Shown here in pieces: positions 29,968-39,390 of a stretch of 64,000 nucleotides of DNA. Both the position numbers and the translations under genes were made by a program. The notes below the pieces were generated by a model. It was not told the origin of the DNA. It worked only from the letters and a program-made list of their open reading frames with translations, and made no database searches. This stretch comes from Acidimicrobiia bacterium. GTDB taxonomy: Bacteria > Actinomycetota > Acidimicrobiia > Spongiisociales > UBA5794. Location of the stretch: positions 17,104 to 81,103 of the forward strand of contig DATHZQ010000151.1 in the NCBI GenBank assembly GCA_035458525.1, written 5' to 3'. The first letter of the stretch is position 1. Every line of letters starts with the position of its first letter.

Positions 29968-30483
29968 TCACACCAGGAAGTCCCGGTCGGCCAGACGTTC
30001 ACCCGCCTTCCAAGGCCGTTCGCCTTCCCGGAAGTCCTGCATCAGCTCCAACATCCCGAGGACCGTGAAACCCTGGTCGTGGTAGAAGTCGATCGCCTTG
30101 CGGTTGCGGCCGACAACCCGAACGCTGAGGGTCCCGTGGCCTTCGCTGCGAGCGATGGACACGACGTGCTCGACCAGTTGTCTTCCTATCCCCTCGCCCC
30201 TCCGGGAGCGGGTGACGATCATCGGCTCGACTTCGACATCGACCTCGTCGTCGTGTCCGGTCATCAATCCGACGAGCCCGACGACCTCGCCGCCGTCATG
30301 GGCAACCCACAGCAGCTCTGGGCCAAAGAGCGCCAGATGGGCGTCGAACTTGCGCCCCGGATCATCTCCGCCGATGCCCGGTGCGTCATAGATGTCGCGA
30401 TGCCATTGCGTGAGCTCGACCCACAGCGAACGACATGCCTCGAGATCGCCGGCCTCGTAGCTGCGGATCTCGATCGAGCTCAT
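29968..30483 (-). CDS. GNAT family N-acetyltransferase
   Basis: The product has motif A (IVTRSRRGEGIGRQLV). I take the ATG at 30483 (MSSIEIRSYEAGD), which overlaps the gltB stop (ATGA). Confidence 0.7.
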   Translation of the reverse strand: MSSIEIRSYEAGDLEACRSLWVELTQWHRDIYDAPGIGGDDPGRKFDAHLALFGPELLWVAHDGGEVVGLVGLMTGHDDEVDVEVEPMIVTRSRRGEGIGRQLVEHVVSIARSEGHGTLSVRVVGRNRKAIDFYHDQGFTVLGMLELMQDFREGERPWKAGERLADRDFLV

Positions 30484-33400
30484 CGGTCGTGCGTCGTCCC
30501 GGCAATCTCGACCACCGACCCCTCCTCGGGTACCGACTTCCCGGCCGCGCTGGCGGCGTGCAGCACCCAGAACTGTCCGGCCGCCGACTCCCAATTGGCG
30601 AGCAGGTGCCGTGCCCGATGACTCCCGGTGAGTTCAGCGTGGGCGACGATGAGCGCCCGCAAGGCCGCTCCCTCCCGTGCTTCGAGCCGCTTGGCGTGCG
30701 GCGCTGAATCGGCGAGGTGGCCCTTGGCTGCATGCTCGGGATCCCACACGTACAGCGCACCGCCGGTCATGCCGGCGCCGACGTTGCGGCCGACATCGCC
30801 GAGAATCACGACGGTGCCGCCGGTCATGTATTCACAGGCATGGTCCGAGGCGCCTTCGACGACGGCCGTCGCTCCGGAGTTCCGCACCGCAAACCGCTGG
30901 CCGACTGCTCCGGCAACGTGGAGGGATCCACCGGTTGCGCCATAGAGGCAGGCGTTTCCCGCACCATGCGGGACCGTGTTGAGGTCGGCGACAGTTGGCA
31001 CGACCACGATGCGGCCGCCTCCCATGCCTTTCCCGACGTAGTCGTTGGCCGTCCCCTCGAGATGAAGTGACACCCCTTTCGCCAAGAACGCGCCAAAGCT
31101 CTGACCCGCCGTTCCCGAGAGCCGCACCTCGACGGTTCCGGCGGGCTCGTCGTCCCCGACGATCGAGGCCATCTCTCCCGACAGCCGGGTGCCCACGGCA
31201 CGATCGGTGTTCTGGATCGGATAGGCGAGATTGATGGACCCCTGCGCCGTGGCGGCCCGGGCGCCTTCGACGGAGAGCTGATCGCCCACGGGAGACCTCG
31301 CCACCGTGCGGAAGGAGCGGTCCGTCTTGGCGGCCGCGCCGGCGAAATCGGCCCGCACGAGCTGTGCGGTGAACTCGCGTGCGACCGCGTGACCGGGTTC
31401 GCGGGGACGGAGCAGATCGGCCCTGCCGATCACCTCATCCAAGCTGTGGGCCCCCATGGCGGCGAGGTGGCGCCTGGCATCTTGCGCCATGTGCCGAAAC
31501 ATGACGATCAGCTGATCGACCGAGCCGGTGTATTTGGCGCGCAGGTCCTCGCGCTGGGTCGCAATACCAACGGGACAGGTGTTCTCGTGGCACTGCCGCA
31601 CCATCTTGCACCCGAGGGCGATCAGCGGCATCGTCCCGAATCCGTAGCGATCAGCACCCAGCAAGGCGGCGACGACGATATCCCGGCCGGTCCGGATCCC
31701 TCCATCCGTCTCGACAGCGATGGCGTGGCGCAGGCCGTTCGCCACCAACGCCTGGTGCGCTTCGGCGAGCCCGAGTTCCCACGGGGATCCTGCATGCTTG
31801 ATGGACACCAGCGGCGACGCACCGGTGCCACCACCATTGCCCGAGACGGTGACCACATCAGCCAGCGCTTTGGCGACACCGACCGCGATCGTGCCGACGC
31901 CGGGACCCGAGACCAGCTTCACCGACACGCGAGCGAGCGGTTTGAAGACCTTGAGGTCATGGACCAGCTGGGCGAGGTCCTCGATCGAGTAGATGTCGTG
32001 GTGGGGCGGGGGCGAGATCAGCTGGACGCCCGGCTCGGTGTGCCGCAGCCTGGCGATCTCCGGCGAGACCTTGTGGCCCGGCAGCTGGCCGCCCTCCCCC
32101 GGTTTCGAGCCCTGGGCCATCTTGATCTGGAATTCCTCAGCCGAGGCGAGGTAGCCCGGCGTCACCCCGAAGCGGCCGCTGGCGACCTGCTTGATCTGGG
32201 AATTGCGCGGAGTTCCGAAGCGCTCGGGATCTTCCCCGCCCTCTCCCGAGTTGGAGAGTCCACCCAGGTAGTTCATGGCAATCGCCAGGGTCTCGTGGGC
32301 TTCCTTGGACAGCGCTCCGAGCGACATCGCCGCCGTGGTGAAGCGCCGCATGATCCGCTCGACCGACTCGACGTCCTCGATCGGAATCGGATCGCCAACC
32401 GGGGCAAACGCAAGCAGGTCCCGGAGCTCCAGCGCCGGTCGGTCCGTCTCGACGATGTCCACGTATTTGGCCCATTCGGCGGGGTCGTCGTTGCGTGCGA
32501 CCTTCTGGAGGGCCAGCACCGCGCGCGGTGAGTTGATATGGGGAATGCCACCACGCCGATGCTTGTAGTACCCGCCGGGATCGTCCTCGCCCTCGGTGTA
32601 CCCCGCATGGCGCGCCACGACGTCTGCAGCGAGGCGATCGAAGCCGGCGCCCCCAACGCGGCGGGACACAAATCGAAACGCAAGCCCACACACTTCATCG
32701 TCGAGCCCGATCGCCTCGAACAACTCGCTGCCTCGATACGACGAGATGGTGCAGATCCCCATCTTGGACATGATCTTCAGGAGACCCTTCTCGAGCGCCG
32801 CCCGGTAGTTCTCCTGAGCGACCACGACGTCGGCGGGTACGTCACCCCGCTCCGCCATGGCCCGCACCTCCTCGATGGCGAGGTACGGGTTGACCGCGGA
32901 AGCACCGAAGCCGATCAAGCATGCGAGATCGTGGGCATCGCGGGGCTCACCGGACACGGCGACGATCGAAGCGTTCAGCCGCGCCCCGGAGTCGATGAGA
33001 CGGTGATGCACGGCACCGACGGCAAGCACCATCGGAATCGGGGCGCGCCGCTCGTCGACCTCGCGATCCGAGATCATCACGATCGTGGCGCCGTCCGCCA
33101 CCGCCCGTTCGGCTCGGTCGGCGAGATCGATGACCGCATCCCGGAGCCCCTCACCACCAGACCCGGGAGGGAAGAGCGCCTCCAGCCACACCGAGCGGAA
33201 GCGAGGATCGGTCGACGTCCGCAGCTGCTCGACTTCCGCATCGCTCAGCACCGCCGACGACAGCTGCATGAGGTGAGCCTGCTGCGGCGTCTCCTCCAAG
33301 ATGGAGCCGCGCCTGCCGACGTAGGTTCGCAACGACATCACGAGGTGCTCGCGGATCGGGTCCATCGGAGGGTTGGTGACTTGCGCGAACGCCTGGTGGA

Positions 33401-34940
33401 AGAAGCGTGAGATTCGCTGCGGGAACTCGGAGAGCACCGCCAGACCGGTGTCGTGCCCCATCGACAGGACGGGCTCGTTGCCTCCGGTCATCTGCTGGAG
33501 AATCAGCCTCCGCTCCTCGGCGGTGTACCCGAACACCCTGCCGAGCTTGTCCGGCACGAATCGTTCGTCCTGGAGATCGTCGAACGGATCTCGGACGTAG
33601 TTGGTCTCGGTTTGGATCCACTGCTGATACGGGGCTCTCTCGGCGAGACGCGACTTCACGTCCGCGGAGAAGCCAACGGCGCCCGTGGCCAGATCGACCT
33701 CGATGAGCTCGCCCGGACCGAGCTGTCCGGTGCGAACCGCACGTACCTCCTCGGCCGGCGCCAGGCCGGCCTCGGAGGCCACGATGACGAGGTCCGGCGT
33801 GATCGTCCAGCGGGCTGGACGCAGGCCATTGCGATCGAGGCCCGCAACGACTTGGAGACCGTCGGATGCGGCGATCGCGGCGGGGCCATCCCACGGTTCC
33901 GTCAGGAAGGCGTGGTATTCGTAGAACGCCCGGAGCTTCCCATCGAGATCCGGCACGTTCTCCCAGGCGGCGGGGATCAACATCTCCTTGGCATGCGCCA
34001 CCGATCGACCGGACCGGACGAGCACCTCGTAAGCGTTGTCGAGACTTGCGCTGTCGCTGCCGCTGAGCGCGACGAGCGGCTTCAGCTCTGCGGTTCGATC
34101 ACCCCACACCGCGTTCGAGAGGTTCTGGCTGCGTGCAGCCATCCAGGAGCGGTTGCCTTGGATGGTGTTGATCTCGCCGTTGTGTGCGAGCACTCGGAAC
34201 GGCTGCGCCAGCGACCACGCCGGCATCGTGTTGGTGGAATATCGCTGATGGAACACCACAAAGTCCGTCTCGAACATCGGATCGACGAGGTCCCAGTAGA
34301 AGCGCTCGATCCGCGCCGCGGTGAACAGCCCCTTGTAGACGACCGTGCGGCACGAGGAGGACACGACGAACAGCCCGGCGAGCTCCTCGGGCAGCGTGCG
34401 CTCGATGCGCCTTCGAGCGAGGAACAACCTGCGTTCAAACTTGTCTTCGCTCTCGCCGGGGCGGGCGGCGACGAGGACCTGCTCGATCACCGGCATCGAG
34501 CCCCTTGCGTTGTCCGACAGAGCCATCGGCCCAACGGGCACTTTGCGCCAGGTCAGGAAGTCCAACTGTTCGTCTTCGAGGGCGACGTTGACGTGGTTGC
34601 GCGCCTTGTGCTCGCGGCCGGGCGGCAGGAACACCATCAACACGCCGAGCGAGCCGGGCGCCGGGGGGGTCAGAGAGCGCGCCACGAGATCCCGCACGAG
34701 CAGCCGATGCGGAACCCGCGTCATCACCCCGGCCCCGTCGCCTGTGCCGTCGGCCGAGCGTGCACCGCGATGGTCCAGGTTGTGGAGACACTCGATAGCG
34801 GTGCGCAGCAGCCGGTGGCTCAGCTGGCCGCGCCGGTCTGCGATGAAGCCGACACCGCAGGCGTCACGAACGTCCGAGGGGTCGTAGAGCTGTTGGGCCA
34901 CCCGTGGGGCTCCTTCTTTGTCGCCACCGCGTATGCGCAT
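30480..34940 (-). CDS. gltB: Glutamate synthase large subunit
   Basis: The 1486-aa product has an N-terminal Ntn amidotransferase domain (DACGVGF), an FMN/[3Fe-4S] core and a C-terminal GXGXG domain. Confidence 0.95.
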   Translation of the reverse strand: MRIRGGDKEGAPRVAQQLYDPSDVRDACGVGFIADRRGQLSHRLLRTAIECLHNLDHRGARSADGTGDGAGVMTRVPHRLLVRDLVARSLTPPAPGSLGVLMVFLPPGREHKARNHVNVALEDEQLDFLTWRKVPVGPMALSDNARGSMPVIEQVLVAARPGESEDKFERRLFLARRRIERTLPEELAGLFVVSSSCRTVVYKGLFTAARIERFYWDLVDPMFETDFVVFHQRYSTNTMPAWSLAQPFRVLAHNGEINTIQGNRSWMAARSQNLSNAVWGDRTAELKPLVALSGSDSASLDNAYEVLVRSGRSVAHAKEMLIPAAWENVPDLDGKLRAFYEYHAFLTEPWDGPAAIAASDGLQVVAGLDRNGLRPARWTITPDLVIVASEAGLAPAEEVRAVRTGQLGPGELIEVDLATGAVGFSADVKSRLAERAPYQQWIQTETNYVRDPFDDLQDERFVPDKLGRVFGYTAEERRLILQQMTGGNEPVLSMGHDTGLAVLSEFPQRISRFFHQAFAQVTNPPMDPIREHLVMSLRTYVGRRGSILEETPQQAHLMQLSSAVLSDAEVEQLRTSTDPRFRSVWLEALFPPGSGGEGLRDAVIDLADRAERAVADGATIVMISDREVDERRAPIPMVLAVGAVHHRLIDSGARLNASIVAVSGEPRDAHDLACLIGFGASAVNPYLAIEEVRAMAERGDVPADVVVAQENYRAALEKGLLKIMSKMGICTISSYRGSELFEAIGLDDEVCGLAFRFVSRRVGGAGFDRLAADVVARHAGYTEGEDDPGGYYKHRRGGIPHINSPRAVLALQKVARNDDPAEWAKYVDIVETDRPALELRDLLAFAPVGDPIPIEDVESVERIMRRFTTAAMSLGALSKEAHETLAIAMNYLGGLSNSGEGGEDPERFGTPRNSQIKQVASGRFGVTPGYLASAEEFQIKMAQGSKPGEGGQLPGHKVSPEIARLRHTEPGVQLISPPPHHDIYSIEDLAQLVHDLKVFKPLARVSVKLVSGPGVGTIAVGVAKALADVVTVSGNGGGTGASPLVSIKHAGSPWELGLAEAHQALVANGLRHAIAVETDGGIRTGRDIVVAALLGADRYGFGTMPLIALGCKMVRQCHENTCPVGIATQREDLRAKYTGSVDQLIVMFRHMAQDARRHLAAMGAHSLDEVIGRADLLRPREPGHAVAREFTAQLVRADFAGAAAKTDRSFRTVARSPVGDQLSVEGARAATAQGSINLAYPIQNTDRAVGTRLSGEMASIVGDDEPAGTVEVRLSGTAGQSFGAFLAKGVSLHLEGTANDYVGKGMGGGRIVVVPTVADLNTVPHGAGNACLYGATGGSLHVAGAVGQRFAVRNSGATAVVEGASDHACEYMTGGTVVILGDVGRNVGAGMTGGALYVWDPEHAAKGHLADSAPHAKRLEAREGAALRALIVAHAELTGSHRARHLLANWESAAGQFWVLHAASAAGKSVPEEGSVVEIAGTTHDR

Positions 34941-35029
34941 ACTTCGATGGGTATTCAGGAGCGATCCAGTGTATCCCGAAGCGTTCAGGGCCCAAAAAGC
35001 GCCCGCAACGGAGGAGGTACGCTTCCGGC

Positions 35030-35494
35030 ATGCCTGTGATCGTCGTTGGCGCAGACACCGAGGTCGGCCGAGCCGCCGTCGATGCGTTGCTGCCCGACGC
35101 CGCAGAGGTCCGTGCGTTCGTCACCGACCCCAATGCCATCGACCCCCTCAAGGCGCTGGGAGTGAAGGTTGCCGTGGGCGACGTCTCGGACGGCTCCCAC
35201 GTCGGTGGCGCGGCCCTGAACGCATTCTGTGCCGTGCTCGTGCAGGAGGCTGCGACGGACGAGCGGGAGCGGTCCTTCGCCAACACGGTGAAGGAGGTGA
35301 TCGCGGCTTGGGCCGAGGGTCTCCGTGACAGCGACGTGCACCGCACGATCTGGGTCGGCGATGTTGCGGTAGGCCAGGCCGGCGAGGTGCTGGCAGCGGC
35401 AACACCCGAGTTTGCCTCGGTGCCGACCGCCGACCGATCGCCTGACGAGATCGCAGCCGACATCGCCAGGCTCGAGTCGTCATCCACCGTGTGA
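35030..35494 (+). CDS. NAD(P)H-binding (NmrA/atypical SDR-like) small protein
   Basis: A GGAGGAGG RBS precedes the ATG at 35030. The product reads MPVIVVGADTEVGRAAVDALL. Confidence 0.55.
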   Translation: MPVIVVGADTEVGRAAVDALLPDAAEVRAFVTDPNAIDPLKALGVKVAVGDVSDGSHVGGAALNAFCAVLVQEAATDERERSFANTVKEVIAAWAEGLRDSDVHRTIWVGDVAVGQAGEVLAAATPEFASVPTADRSPDEIAADIARLESSSTV

Positions 35495-36343
35495 GGGCAG
35501 CGCTGTCCCCCAGAACGGCGGCTGCTGCGTATGACTCATGTGATCGCTGTGACTGAGCAGCCGCTTGCGGACGGCTTCGATACCGTCGACGGAACCGAGT
35601 TCGCATTGTTCTTCCGCGACGAAGACCGGTCGGTGGTTGGGCTGGCGTATGTGCTCTCGGGCAGCTTCCTGGCCGCCGAGGATCTCGCCCAGGACGGCTT
35701 TGCGGTCGCCTACCGGCGCTGGGAAGTCGTCGGCGGCTACGACAACCGGGGCGCCTGGGTGCGCCACGTCGTGGCCAACCGAGCTCGGTCGCGCTTCCGC
35801 CGCCTCCGTGCCGAGCGTTCGGCCTTGCGCCGTCTCGCCGGACGCCCTCCGGCGGTCGTGGAGATGTCGGAGCCGGCGTAGGAGGTCTGGGCCGCAGTGC
35901 GCAACCTGCCCAGGCACGTGTCGGGTATCGAGATCGATCTCGTGTTTGTCCGCACAGAGGCCGAACCCAAAGCGTCCGTAGATCGCCGTCTCAGAAGCCC
36001 ACAAGCCGGCGAGCGGGTCGCCGCGGCCGTGGGCGGCATCGAGGTGCAACTGCATCATGTCACGCAGGATGCCGCGCCTGCGGTGCGTCGCTCGCACGGT
36101 GACGATGGTGGTTCCCGCCATCGTCAGTTGGGCGCCACCGGGCACGGTGATGGCGAAATCGAACTCACCGAGCGTGCCGACGATCTCGTCGCCGTCGAAG
36201 GCACCGACGGTCCGATCGAGGGGCAACATCTCGTAGAAGCGGTCGTGGTCCTCTTCCCGCGAGTCGCCGCCGAAGCCGCGGGCGATCGCACTGCGAAAGC
36301 GCTGGGTCTCGCTTTCCCGGATCGGACGAATGATGATGTGCAT
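35480..36343 (-). CDS. Eis-like GNAT acetyltransferase; only the N-terminal GNAT domain (about 150 aa) is recognisable, so probably truncated
   Basis: The N-terminus (VTVRATHRRRGILRDMMQLHL...AIYGRFGFGLCADKHEIDLDTR) parallels mycobacterial Eis (LTVSPTHRRRGLLRAM...[22 protein letters not shown]). The C-terminal half of the ORF overlaps the sigma fragment on the other strand and is non-homologous. Confidence 0.45.
   Translation of the reverse strand: MHIIIRPIRESETQRFRSAIARGFGGDSREEDHDRFYEMLPLDRTVGAFDGDEIVGTLGEFDFAITVPGGAQLTMAGTTIVTVRATHRRRGILRDMMQLHLDAAHGRGDPLAGLWASETAIYGRFGFGLCADKHEIDLDTRHVPGQVAHCGPDLLRRLRHLHDRRRASGETAQGRTLGTEAAEARPSSVGHDVAHPGAPVVVAADDFPAPVGDRKAVLGEILGGQEAAREHIRQPNHRPVFVAEEQCELGSVDGIEAVRKRLLSHSDHMSHTQQPPFWGTALPSHGG
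35531..35881 (+). pseudogene. ECF sigma-70 factor, region 2 only (truncated or interrupted by an in-frame TAG)
   Basis: The product has FRDEDRSVVGLAYVLSGSFLAAEDLAQDGFAVAYRRWEVV...GAWVRHVVANRARSRFRR, the sigma region 2.1-2.4 pattern. The ORF ends at a TAG after 116 codons. No region 4 follows before the stop, and the same frame stays open beyond it. Confidence 0.55.
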
Positions 36344-36437
36344 TCGTCCAAGCTACCCGCATCGCCATGCCGGCAACGACACCATTCCCAGCTGTCTAGG
36401 TTGGGGAGACTTGATCGCCAAGCAACCGAGGAGTGCC

Positions 36438-37226
36438 GTGAGCGACGTTCGTATCGCCGTCCAGATCCACCCCCAACACGCCGACTATGCGGACATTCGC
36501 CGAGCGGTGATGCAGGCGGAGGAGCTCGGCGTCGACATCGTCTACAACTGGGATCACTTCTACCCGCTGTACGGCGATGCCGACGGCAAGCACTTCGAAT
36601 GCTGGACGATGCTCGGCGCATGGGCGGAGCAAACCGAGCGGATCGAGTTTGGCGCGCTCGTGACCTGCAATTCCTACCGCAACCCCGACCTGCTGGCGGA
36701 CATGGCCCGCACGGTCGATCACATCTCCAACGGCCGCCTCATCCTCGGCATCGGCAGCGGCTGGTTCGAGCGGGACTACGTGGAGTACGGCTACGACTTC
36801 GGCCCGACGCCCGGCTGGCGCTTGGACAACCTCGCCGAAGCGCTACCTCGCCTCGTGTCCCGGTGGGACAAGCTGAATCCTGCCCCGACCCGCGACATCC
36901 CGATCCTCATCGGCGGTGGGGGCCGCAGGAAGACGCTGAAGATGACGGCGCAGTACGCCTCCATCTGGCATCACTTCGGAACCCCTGACGACATGAAGGA
37001 GAAGTCGGACGGACTGGACGACTGGTGCTCGGAGCTCGGGCGAAACCCGGCCGACATCGAACGCTCTGTTGGCATCGATTGGGACAAGGTCGATGATCCC
37101 GTCGCCACGGCCGAGGCGTACTACGCAGTTGGGATGAGGCAATTCACGTTCGGCGTCAACGGCCCGGACTACGACCTCGGCATCTTGCGACCGTGGTTGG
37201 CATGGCGAGACGGGAAACGGGGGTGA
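36438..37226 (+). CDS. LLM-class (luciferase-like) F420-dependent oxidoreductase
   Basis: A GAGGAG RBS precedes the GTG at 36438. The product has an LLM fold (LGIGSGWFERDY, ILIGGGG). Confidence 0.7.
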   Translation: MSDVRIAVQIHPQHADYADIRRAVMQAEELGVDIVYNWDHFYPLYGDADGKHFECWTMLGAWAEQTERIEFGALVTCNSYRNPDLLADMARTVDHISNGRLILGIGSGWFERDYVEYGYDFGPTPGWRLDNLAEALPRLVSRWDKLNPAPTRDIPILIGGGGRRKTLKMTAQYASIWHHFGTPDDMKEKSDGLDDWCSELGRNPADIERSVGIDWDKVDDPVATAEAYYAVGMRQFTFGVNGPDYDLGILRPWLAWRDGKRG

Positions 37227-38161
37227 GTCCAGTCGCCTACGGGGACGTTCTCGAAGCGTCGCGGCGGATCGCACCGCACGTTCACCGCACACCGACGTTT
37301 CACTCCCGGTCGCTGGACACGTGGGTGGACGGCAGGGTGGCCCTCAAGGCGGAGAATCTGCAGCGGGTCGGCGCCTTCAAGATGCGCGGCGCCACGAATG
37401 CAGTCATGCAGCTGAGCGATGAAGAGGCCCGAGCCGGCGTTGCCGCCCACTCGTCCGGCAATCACGCTCAGGCGCTGGCGTTGGCGGCCCAACTCCGCGG
37501 CATCCCGGCGCGGATCGTGATGCCTTCCGACGCCCCGTTGGTCAAGAAGGACGCCGTCGCCGGATACGGCGCCGAGATCATCGAGTGCGAACCGACACAG
37601 GTGGCTCGCGAGGACGCAGTCGCCGGTGTGGTGGCGGAAACCGGGGCCACGGAGATCCACCCCTACGACAACGATCGCATCATCGCCGGCGCCGGCACCG
37701 CTGCGCTCGAGCTGCTGGGTGCGGCCCCTGAGCTCGAAGTGATCATCGCCCCTGTCGGCGGGGGCGGATTGCTGTCGGGCACCTGCTTGGCCGCCCACGG
37801 GGTCGACGCGTCGATCAAGGTCGTGGGGGCGGAGCCGCTCGGCGCCGACGACGCAGCCCGCTCGCTCGCCGCCGGCCGTGCGCTCCCGCAAGACAATCCG
37901 CAAACGATGGCAGATGGGTTGCGAACCGGCCTCAGCGACCGGACGTTCGCCATCATCTCCGCGCACGTCGATCAGATCTCCACGGTCACCGAAGACGAGA
38001 TCGTCGAAGCGATGCGCTTCGTCTGGACCCGCACAAAGCTCTTGATCGAGCCGAGCGCAGCGGTGGCCGTCGCTGTCGCTCGAAAACTGGACCTCCGGGG
38101 CAAGCGCACCGGCATCATCCTGAGCGGAGGCAACGTCGACCTCGACGCATTGCCCTGGTGA
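37193..38161 (+). CDS. PLP-dependent threonine/serine dehydratase family enzyme
   Basis: The product has the PLP lysine motif GAFKMRGA, an SGNHAQA motif and a glycine-rich loop (GGGGLLSG). It is 322 aa long. Confidence 0.75.
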   Translation: MVGMARRETGVSPVAYGDVLEASRRIAPHVHRTPTFHSRSLDTWVDGRVALKAENLQRVGAFKMRGATNAVMQLSDEEARAGVAAHSSGNHAQALALAAQLRGIPARIVMPSDAPLVKKDAVAGYGAEIIECEPTQVAREDAVAGVVAETGATEIHPYDNDRIIAGAGTAALELLGAAPELEVIIAPVGGGGLLSGTCLAAHGVDASIKVVGAEPLGADDAARSLAAGRALPQDNPQTMADGLRTGLSDRTFAIISAHVDQISTVTEDEIVEAMRFVWTRTKLLIEPSAAVAVAVARKLDLRGKRTGIILSGGNVDLDALPW

Positions 38162-38168
38162 GATCGAA

Positions 38169-38516
38169 CTAGAGGTCGTCGATCGCTCTGAACCCGCGGT
38201 AGGCGCCGATCAGGGCTGCAGCCAGCATCACCAGGAGCACCAGAACCACGAGCCCCAACCCGACGATATTCGAAGGGCGGGTGAACAGCGCCAGGCCGCC
38301 CATCACGGCCACGTAGCCCGCCACCGAGAACGAGCCGGCGGCGGCGTGGTGGGCTGCCTGCCACGCCGCCGCCGACTCGAGGGTCTTGGTGGTGCGGATA
38401 CCGACGATCCAGTTGCGAGGCAGGCGGCCCGCAGCCGCCCGGCTGCCCACCACGACCAGGAGCACCCCGGCTCCGGTCAGCACGACGCCGAGCACGATGA
38501 CCGCCGCCCACGGCAT
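38169..38516 (-). CDS. SdpI/YhfL-family small membrane protein
   Basis: I take the ATG at 38516. The product has the PRNWIVGIRT signature flanked by TM helices. The long N-terminus of the track ORF is read-through. Confidence 0.6.
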   Translation of the reverse strand: MPWAAVIVLGVVLTGAGVLLVVVGSRAAAGRLPRNWIVGIRTTKTLESAAAWQAAHHAAAGSFSVAGYVAVMGGLALFTRPSNIVGLGLVVLVLLVMLAAALIGAYRGFRAIDDL

Positions 38517-38548
38517 GAGATCGCCGGCGTCTGCCCCGTCGAACACGG

Positions 38549-39205
38549 TCAGGCCTGGGGCCGCTGGTAGCCCTGCAGGTATGCCGGCAGCGGCACGCCG
38601 GACCGGAGGTCGGGATCGTCCAAGGGGGCGCCGGCTTCGAGCCGCAGCGGAATGACACCTGCCCAGATGGGGAGTTCGTAGTCCGCATCGTCGTCCTTCG
38701 GCGGGCCCGTTCGCACCTTGGCGGAGGCTTCGACGATGTCCATCGCCACCACCAGTGTCCCCTTCTCCTCCTTGGCCGTTGGCAACCGGCAGTCCGCCCA
38801 GCGGCCGGGCGTGACATGTTCGGTGAGCACCTCGAAGGCCCGGCCCTTCTCCCCAACATCGTCGACGATGCGCGGCCTGCCGTACATGACCACCGATCGG
38901 TAGTTCACCGAGCTGTGGAACGGAGCGCGAGCGAGGGCGATACCGTCGAGCAGCGTCACGGTGATGCACACCTCCACATCGCCTTTCATGGTCCGCAGCA
39001 GGCGGCTGGCAGGTGACCCATGCAGATAGAGCGTGTCGCCATCGCGGGCGTGCAGCATCGGAATGACCACGGGACTCCCGTCGTCGATCAGTCCGACATG
39101 GCACACGAGCGCCTCATCGAGGATGGCGTCGATCACGGCCCGGTCGTACGCCCCCCGCTCGGCGAGCCGGCGCACCCTGGTCCGTTCGGAGTATGGAGCC
39201 GTCAT
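38549..39205 (-). CDS. Pyridoxamine 5'-phosphate oxidase-like (FMN/F420-binding split-barrel) protein
   Basis: The 218-aa product shows a PPOX-class pattern (VCHVGLIDDGSPVVIPMLHARDGDTLYLHGS). Confidence 0.6.
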   Translation of the reverse strand: MTAPYSERTRVRRLAERGAYDRAVIDAILDEALVCHVGLIDDGSPVVIPMLHARDGDTLYLHGSPASRLLRTMKGDVEVCITVTLLDGIALARAPFHSSVNYRSVVMYGRPRIVDDVGEKGRAFEVLTEHVTPGRWADCRLPTAKEEKGTLVVAMDIVEASAKVRTGPPKDDDADYELPIWAGVIPLRLEAGAPLDDPDLRSGVPLPAYLQGYQRPQA

Positions 39206-39287
39206 GAGACGAGCGTAGATGGGACCGTCCGAGCGCGTCGACGCAGACCCGCCGTCCAGGCCACGTGGGGCACCCTGCTAGCGGGGT

Positions 39288-39384
39288 GCGGAAAAAGGGG
39301 TCCGCCGGTTTGGTGACCGAGGACGCGGTAATGCCACGCACGATTTGACGTTGTTTGCCGAACCGGCACTGGTGCTTTTTCCGC
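39288..39384. other. Nested inverted repeats (GCGGAAAAAG...CTTTTTCCGC outer; CCGGTT...AACCGG inner) forming a roughly 97-nt potential stem-loop in the GNAT/PPOX intergenic region
   Basis: Seen directly in the sequence. It begins 7 nt after the stop of the GNAT gene at 39391. Confidence 0.4.
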
Positions 39385-39390
39385 ATCCGG

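Noticed and set aside
31389-35039. Three long plus-strand ORFs (31389..32531, 32538..33410, 33453..35039)
   Set aside because: They are antisense to gltB and arise from high-GC frame openness.
35882-36030. Continuation of the ECF sigma frame after the TAG as a readthrough region 4
   Set aside because: The resemblance to region 4 is weak. The segment also overlaps the better-supported Eis-like N-terminus on the other strand. I kept it only as an alternative under the gene-decay finding.
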